Assembly: GCA_963843145.1 (NCBI GenBank)
Contig: CAWJJC010000028.1
Span: forward strand, 64,001-128,000
Direction of reading: 5' to 3'
DNA: 64,000 nucleotides
Source of the DNA: an uncultured delta proteobacterium
Lineage (GTDB): Bacteria > Desulfobacterota > RBG-13-43-22
Shown here: in pieces, positions 58,058-64,000 of the stretch
How the letters are laid out: the number at the start of each line of letters is the position of its first letter
How positions within the stretch are numbered: the first letter of the stretch is position 1
Program-made: the position numbers and the translations under genes
The notes under the pieces: generated by a model
Databases searched by the model: none
The model's input: only the letters and a program-made list of their open reading frames with translations
What the model was told of the DNA's origin: nothing

Positions 58058-60475
58058 GTGTCCTTGGAACAGGGCAAATTGTTCGAAGTCCTCGAGCTAT
58101 TGATGAATCATTGGACTAAGGAAAACAGGGAAGATCAGGAGCAGACGAGCAGCGAAATGATAGGGGAAGTCGAGGAATTGCGCCGGCGGATAGCTCTATT
58201 GGAGGCCCGTATGGCGCAGCAAAAAAAAAGCGAAGAAGCGCTCCGTTCCAGTGAGGAGCGTTTTCAAGTTTTATTTGAAACCTTGCCTCTGGGGGTGGTT
58301 TATCAAAACCGCCACGGGGAAATCATCCGCGCCAACCCGGCGGCCGAAAGGATCCTGGGACTGACCCTCGATCAACTGCTGGGACGCGCCTCCGTGGATC
58401 CCCTCTGGCGGGCCCTTCATGAGGACGGATCCGATTTTCCCGGAGAAACCCACCCGGCCATCAAGGCCCTGGAGACGGGCGAGGAAGTGAAAAATGTAAT
58501 CATGGGGGTCTATCATCCCGCAACAAAAGATTACGTCTGGATCAATATCCATGCCGTCCCTCAATTCCGGACGGGAGAGGATCGGCCCGGCCAGGTCTAT
58601 TCGATCTTTGAGGAGATCACCGAAAAGAAACGAACCCAGGATGAGATCAAAAAATTGGCCAGGTTCCCCGGTGAGAACCCCAATTCCGTAATGCGGATCC
58701 AGAAGGACGGGACCCTTTTATATCACAATCAGGCCAGTGAAGCCCTGTTGCGACACTGGAAAAAGGAGACCGGGAGCCAAGTCCCCAAGGAGTTGGATAA
58801 GGCAATAAAAGAGGTTTTGTCTTCGAGGACGTCCCGGCAATGGGAAGACCGGATACAAGACCGCACTTTTTCCTTTACGGTGGCTGCGGTAACCGAAGAA
58901 GCGTGTGTCAATGTGTATGGGTTGGAGATCACCGAACTGAAAAGAGTGGAGGAGAATTTAAAAAGAGAAAAAGAAAGATTTCGGATCCTGGTCGATGCCT
59001 CCCCTTTGGGCGTTTCGTTGATGGGCCCGGACGGCCGCTGCAAATACATCAACCCCAAATTCACTGCCATTTTCGGCTATACGCTGGAAGACATCCCGGA
59101 CGGACGGGCATGGTTCCGGAAGGCCTATCCGGATGAGGCTTATCGGCATGAAGTCATAGCCCAGTGGCTCAAAGACCTGCGGGATTTTCCCAGCGGCGAG
59201 TCCCGTCCGAGGACTTTTAAGGTGATCTGTAAGGACGGGGAGGAGAAGGTCGTTCATTTCAGCCCGGTATCCATGGAAACCGGGGACCAATTGGTCATTT
59301 ACGAAGACATCACCGATCGAAAGAAACTGGAGATTCAGCTTATCCAGGCCCAGAAGATGGAGGCTGTGGGAACCCTGGCCGGTGGGATCGCCCATGACTT
59401 TAACAACCTGCTGATGGCTATCCAAGGGAATGTTTCCCTGATGCTGATGGACCTGCCTTCCCCTCACCCGGACCGGGAGCGCTTACAGCATATCGAAAGC
59501 TGCGTGCGCAGCGGGGCGGACCTGACCAAACAATTGCTGGGGTTTGCCCGAAGGGGGAAATACCAGGTCAAAGCCACCGATCTCAACGACTTGATCGACA
59601 AGGCTTCCGCCCTGTTTGGACGGACCCAAAAGGGCCTGAGAATTCATAGAAAATTAGCCCAGAGGGTGTGGACGGTGGAAGTCGATCGAGGGCAGATGGA
59701 ACAGGTCCTCCTTAATCTGCTGGTCAATGCCTGGCAAGCCATGCCCCAGGGAGGGGATCTCTACCTGGAAACCCAAAACGTTTTCTTAGATGAACATTAT
59801 GTCCAGCCTTTTGAGGTCAAATTGGGACATTATGTGAAGACCTCGGTGACCGACACCGGGATCGGGATGGATGAGGAAACCAAACAAAGGATCTTCGAGC
59901 CTTTTTTTACCACCAAGGAGCGAGGGCGCGGGACCGGCCTGGGACTGGCGACCGTTTACGGGATCATTAAGGGACACGAGGGATTCATAACGGTCTACAG
60001 CGAGCCGGGCCGGGGGACCACCTTTAATTTCTATATTCCCGCCTCCGCCAAGTTGGCCGAAGAAGAAAAAAAAGAGCAGGCCACCCTCATGACGGGCCAG
60101 GAAGGGATCCTGCTGGTGGACGACGAGGAGATCATCCTCCAGGTGGCAGCCCAGTTATTGGAAAGATTGGGGTATACGGTATTTGTGGCCCATAACGGCC
60201 GAGAGGCCCTGGATCTCTACTCCCAAAAAGCGAAGGAAATCGATCTGGTGATCCTGGACCTGGTCATGCCGGGCATGGGCGGCGGGGAAACTTTCCAAAA
60301 CCTGAAAAAGCTGAATCCTAAAGTCAAGGTGCTTCTTTCCAGCGGCTACAGCATCAACGGCCTGGCCAGGGAGATCATGGACCAGGGATGCCGGGGATTT
60401 ATCCAGAAGCCCTTTAATCTGAAGGAGGTTTCCGTGATAATTCGGGAGATCCTGGATCAGGAAGACTCTGGTTAG
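58058..60475 (+). CDS. Cytoplasmic PAS-domain hybrid sensor histidine kinase / receiver
   Basis: Three PAS-like regions, [36 protein letters not shown] and a C-terminal receiver domain. The start is uncertain. Confidence 0.93.
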   Translation: MSLEQGKLFEVLELLMNHWTKENREDQEQTSSEMIGEVEELRRRIALLEARMAQQKKSEEALRSSEERFQVLFETLPLGVVYQNRHGEIIRANPAAERILGLTLDQLLGRASVDPLWRALHEDGSDFPGETHPAIKALETGEEVKNVIMGVYHPATKDYVWINIHAVPQFRTGEDRPGQVYSIFEEITEKKRTQDEIKKLARFPGENPNSVMRIQKDGTLLYHNQASEALLRHWKKETGSQVPKELDKAIKEVLSSRTSRQWEDRIQDRTFSFTVAAVTEEACVNVYGLEITELKRVEENLKREKERFRILVDASPLGVSLMGPDGRCKYINPKFTAIFGYTLEDIPDGRAWFRKAYPDEAYRHEVIAQWLKDLRDFPSGESRPRTFKVICKDGEEKVVHFSPVSMETGDQLVIYEDITDRKKLEIQLIQAQKMEAVGTLAGGIAHDFNNLLMAIQGNVSLMLMDLPSPHPDRERLQHIESCVRSGADLTKQLLGFARRGKYQVKATDLNDLIDKASALFGRTQKGLRIHRKLAQRVWTVEVDRGQMEQVLLNLLVNAWQAMPQGGDLYLETQNVFLDEHYVQPFEVKLGHYVKTSVTDTGIGMDEETKQRIFEPFFTTKERGRGTGLGLATVYGIIKGHEGFITVYSEPGRGTTFNFYIPASAKLAEEEKKEQATLMTGQEGILLVDDEEIILQVAAQLLERLGYTVFVAHNGREALDLYSQKAKEIDLVILDLVMPGMGGGETFQNLKKLNPKVKVLLSSGYSINGLAREIMDQGCRGFIQKPFNLKEVSVIIREILDQEDSG

Positions 60476-60576
60476 TTGCCAACATGAAGGGTTAATTTTC
60501 GCCGGGACCCAAGCTTCCATAGCAGAGATGGGGGGGTACCCACCCAAAAGGACAAGGCGCCGATAAAGAAAACGCC

Positions 60577-61215
60577 TTAGTCGTGGACGGAGACGATGGG
60601 AGGACCGGCGGCCCTGAGTTGCTCCTTAAGTTTTTTTAAATCCGTGGGCTGAACGCGGAAGACCGTGGCTCGGGTTAGACCTTCGGTTTTGGGCAGGGTG
60701 ACCGCGCTGACCAGATAGAGCCCCAAGTCCTTGATGATCTTGGCCGCGTCGGCCAGGGAACCGGTACGGTTCTCCAGTTCCAGTTCGATGCGGACACTGG
60801 GCTCATTGATGCCCAGGACCTCGATGAATGTTTCCAGAATATCCGAACTGGTAATCAACCCCACCAATTCGCCGTTTTTTACCACCGGCAGGGAACCGAT
60901 CTTGTGGTCATAAATCTGCTTGGCCGCCACTTCGATGGGTTCATCAGGATCCACGGTAAAAACCTTCTTGGTCATAAACTGGGAGACCTTAATCTTATCC
61001 AGCAGGTAGTTCAGCTCATAGATCGACAAAGTGGAGGAATCCGAGGCGCTCATCCGCCGGATATCCCGTTCGGTAACCATACCGACGACCTGTTTTCCTT
61101 GGATAACCGGCAAATGGCGGATTCCCTTCTGCTGAACGATGGTCATGGCTCGAAGCATGGTGGTATCCGGGGTCAGGGTGGTGATGTCGGTGGTCATTCT
61201 ATCTTTAACTTTCAT
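60577..61215 (-). CDS. CBS-pair plus ACT domain protein (AcuB-like)
   Basis: IRHLPV, KIGSLPVV...GLITSSD, and ENRTGSLADA (ACT). Confidence 0.88.
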   Translation of the reverse strand: MKVKDRMTTDITTLTPDTTMLRAMTIVQQKGIRHLPVIQGKQVVGMVTERDIRRMSASDSSTLSIYELNYLLDKIKVSQFMTKKVFTVDPDEPIEVAAKQIYDHKIGSLPVVKNGELVGLITSSDILETFIEVLGINEPSVRIELELENRTGSLADAAKIIKDLGLYLVSAVTLPKTEGLTRATVFRVQPTDLKKLKEQLRAAGPPIVSVHD

Positions 61216-61317
61216 CGGTCGGCTCCTTTTTTCGAGATAATCCCCTCGTTTAGTATTAAACCCCCATGCTCGGGGCGGGCACCCACGAAGCATGAAAATA
61301 GTACAACCTTTTTTTAT

Positions 61318-61493
61318 CGTAGGGGAGGGGACTTCGGCGAGCCCTTCGATTGACTCAGGGCCTTGAGCTTGCCGAAAGGCTCAGTCGAGCCGTTAACCCC
61401 CTCCCGAGCTTGGGAATCGAGGATTCGGATTTTTTCGAGGAGCGTGTACTAGGCTTAGCTGGTTGCGGGAGGGGATAAACCCCTCCCCTACAC
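61318..61493. repeat. REP doublet with a nested insert; copy 2
   Basis: Near-identical to 40070-40246 except for the spacer. Confidence 0.9.
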
Positions 61494-61557
61494 GCGCCCC
61501 CTTGAACTCTGTTTCTGCTTATTTTTTATTAAGAATACCATATAACAGATCGGATTA

Positions 61558-62865
61558 TCAAATCCATTCTTTCAATTGCTCGGCCAGTATCCCTTTTCCG
61601 TCCCGTCCGGTGATTCGGACCCGGAGACGAGTGTTCTGGCGGAAAAGTCCCTGGACTCGAATGGGCAGATAATTGCCGGTCAATCCTTCACACCAGCCAT
61701 CCGGGTCGGTTGAACGGAGCACCAAGGCCGAGAACTCTCGTCCGACACATCGCCGGTAAAATTCAGATCGTTTGTCTTGATCCAAGGCCCGGAGCCGCCG
61801 GGCGCGCTCTTTCTTCTCCCCGGCCGGGACCTGTTCGGCAAAAAAGGCGGCCGGCGTTCCGGGCCGGGAGGAATAGGGGAAAACGTGGAGATAGGCCAAA
61901 GGCAGACGAGCGATAGAATCATAGGTTCGTTGAAAAGCGTTTTCATCTTCCCCGGGAAATCCCACGATGACGTCCGCCCCCAGGGCCGCGAAAGGAAGTT
62001 CGGCGTGGAGCCGCTGAAGGAGTTCTGTGTATTCAGCGGACGCATAGGGGCGGTTCATTCGATTAAGGATGGAGTCGTCGCCGCTTTGCAGCGGGATATG
62101 CAGATGCGGACACAACCGCGGTTCCTTTTTAAACAGAGAAATCAGGGGGGGCGTTATCTCCTGCATCTCCAGGGAACTTAAGCGCAGAAAAGTTCGTCCG
62201 GGAGTTTTCAGGACCTCTTGCAGTAATTCGGTCAAACTCCAGGGAGGCTGGAGGTCTCGTCCGTATTGACCCAAATGAATACCGGTCAGGATAATCTCCT
62301 GGATCCCCGACGCTCCTAAACGGAAGAGGCCCTCTTGGACCCGCTCGGGCGACAGGCTGCGGGAAGGCCCGCGGGCCTGCGGGACGACACAGTAGCTGCA
62401 GTGGGCGTCGCAGCCTTCCTGAATACGAAAAACCGCCCGGGTGCGAAAAAAGGGATTCGGGCATTCCAGGGATAAGGGCGGAAAGGAAGAAACCGGTTCA
62501 AGCCGGATTTGAAGAGAAGCGGGTTTTCGGGAAAAATCATCGCTGGAAGGAAACCGCAATTTATTCCCGGTCCCGAAGAGGTAGTCCAATCCGGCTATCT
62601 GGCTGAAATAGTCCGGGAAGAGTTGAGCGGCGCACCCGGCGGCGGCAATCAGGGCCTCCGGAGAGCGACGGACGGCCCCGCGCACGGCCTGGGCCGACTG
62701 GCGCTGGGCCTCGGCGGTCACGGCGCAGGTATTGATCAGATAGAGGTCGGCGGCTTCCTGGAAAGGCACCGGATTCCAGCCCCGTTCCTGAAAGGCCCGA
62801 ATCAGGGCCTCGGATTCGAACTGGTTGACTTTGCAGCCAAAGGTCTGAATGGCGACTTTTTTCAT
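61558..62865 (-). CDS. mtaB: tRNA t6A37 methylthiotransferase (radical SAM)
   Basis: TFGCKVNQFES, INTCAVT, EGCDAHCSYC, LHVFPYSSRPGT. Confidence 0.92.
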   Translation of the reverse strand: MKKVAIQTFGCKVNQFESEALIRAFQERGWNPVPFQEAADLYLINTCAVTAEAQRQSAQAVRGAVRRSPEALIAAAGCAAQLFPDYFSQIAGLDYLFGTGNKLRFPSSDDFSRKPASLQIRLEPVSSFPPLSLECPNPFFRTRAVFRIQEGCDAHCSYCVVPQARGPSRSLSPERVQEGLFRLGASGIQEIILTGIHLGQYGRDLQPPWSLTELLQEVLKTPGRTFLRLSSLEMQEITPPLISLFKKEPRLCPHLHIPLQSGDDSILNRMNRPYASAEYTELLQRLHAELPFAALGADVIVGFPGEDENAFQRTYDSIARLPLAYLHVFPYSSRPGTPAAFFAEQVPAGEKKERARRLRALDQDKRSEFYRRCVGREFSALVLRSTDPDGWCEGLTGNYLPIRVQGLFRQNTRLRVRITGRDGKGILAEQLKEWI

Positions 62866-62875
62866 TTTCACTTTT

Positions 62876-63922
62876 TTAAAAATTGGATTCAATCCAGCCG
62901 CCGCCCAGCACCGTGCCGTCCAAATAGATCACAGCGGCCTGGCCGGGAGTGACGGCTTTCTCGGGATGGTCAAAGTGAACCCAGAGGTTTTGATCCGATT
63001 TCAGGGAGAGGTTGGCTGAAGCCGGAAGGTGGCGGTAGCGGATCTGCACTTGGACCCTCAGTCCGTCGATTTGCGGGGGACGGCAAAGCCAGTGGACCTT
63101 CCCCAGCCGGCAACTTTTCTGTTCCAAGTCTCTTTTAGATCCAATAACCAGCTCATTTTTTTGGGGATCCATCCGGACCACATAGTAGGGTTCTTTCCCG
63201 GGCAGCCCCAGGCCCCGGCGTTGACCGATGGTGTAGGCGTATAATCCCTGATGCTCCCCCAGCTTTCGGCCCTGTAGGTCCACCATATTTCCCCGCCGTA
63301 TCCAGGTAGGCCCCGCTTCCCGGATCAAGAATTCCCGGTACCCGCCCGGCGGGAGGAAGCAGGCATCCTGGCTTTCTTCCCCTCCGAAAACAGGAAGCCT
63401 TAATTCCCGGGCCAGGGTTTTTACTTCGGTTTTAGTCCGGTCACCCAAAGGAAACAGAAGGTGCGGGAGGACATCCCGGTTAAGGCGGTGCAAAAAATAG
63501 GATTGGTCTTTAGCGGGGTCAGCCCCCCGCCCGATAGTGGACCCCTGGCCCCAGGGGCAGAGGACAGTCCGGGCATAATGGCCGGTGGCGAATTTTTCAG
63601 CCCCCGATTCCCGGGCGGCGCGGAAGAGATGTTCGAATTTGACGGTTTGGTTGCAGACCACGCAGGGGTTGGGGGTCCGGGCCCTTTGGTATTCCGCCAT
63701 CAGGTAATCCATGACCTGCTTCCGAAAGGCCTCCTGCAAGGGGATGATTTCCAGACGGATACGGAGAAAGTCCGCCACTTTCCGCAGGAGGGCGGTCTTG
63801 GCCGGATCGGTCAATCCCAGGTCGGCATGCAGGCCCAGGACCTCAAAACCCTGTTCCCGGAGCAGCCAGGCGGCCGTGGCGCTGTCCACCCCGCCGCTCA
63901 GGGCGATGGCCGCACTTTTCAT
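62876..63922 (-). CDS. mnmA: tRNA-specific 2-thiouridylase
   Basis: SGGVDS, TPNPCVVCN, ATGHYA, KDQSYFL, ESQDACF, YTIGQRRGL, AVTPGQ. Confidence 0.97.
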   Translation of the reverse strand: MKSAAIALSGGVDSATAAWLLREQGFEVLGLHADLGLTDPAKTALLRKVADFLRIRLEIIPLQEAFRKQVMDYLMAEYQRARTPNPCVVCNQTVKFEHLFRAARESGAEKFATGHYARTVLCPWGQGSTIGRGADPAKDQSYFLHRLNRDVLPHLLFPLGDRTKTEVKTLARELRLPVFGGEESQDACFLPPGGYREFLIREAGPTWIRRGNMVDLQGRKLGEHQGLYAYTIGQRRGLGLPGKEPYYVVRMDPQKNELVIGSKRDLEQKSCRLGKVHWLCRPPQIDGLRVQVQIRYRHLPASANLSLKSDQNLWVHFDHPEKAVTPGQAAVIYLDGTVLGGGWIESNF

Positions 63923-64000
63923 GGAAGCAACAGCTTGGGGGGGGTTAATGGGTGAATTTTTTCATGACCCTTTCGAAGCCCGGCAGGGAACGTTCGATCA

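Overview
A 64-kb window from a GC-moderate Gram-negative anaerobe. Gene content and order suggest a deltaproteobacterium (Desulfobacterota-like); this is an inference. Core blocks are rpsF-rpsR-rplI-dnaB-hflX, pyrG-kdsA-kdsC-lptCAB-rpoN-hpf-ptsN-rapZ-EIIA-rimI, tRNA-His and mnmA-mtaB. The organism recodes UGA as selenocysteine: a formate dehydrogenase alpha subunit and a UGSC-motif protein are each split at an in-frame UGA followed by a SECIS-like hairpin. The gene upstream of the UGSC gene ends C-S-G-G-G-UGA with a similar hairpin, which suggests a tandem two-selenoprotein redox module. A candidate defence islet at about 28.9-32.8 kb has a perfect 26-bp palindrome, AbiEi, an AbiEii nucleotidyltransferase fused to a WYL domain and a Zn finger, and an orphan type I HsdM; the AbiEii fusion and HsdM are frameshifted, possibly by sequencing error. 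Intergenic space holds several families of small palindromic repeats that nest inside one another and in places enter coding frames. Other points of note are an apparent ATC start for hflX, an AccA-AccD fusion, two sigma54 promoters and a structured leader before a DEAD-box helicase. All family calls come from visual motif recognition; no database search was run.
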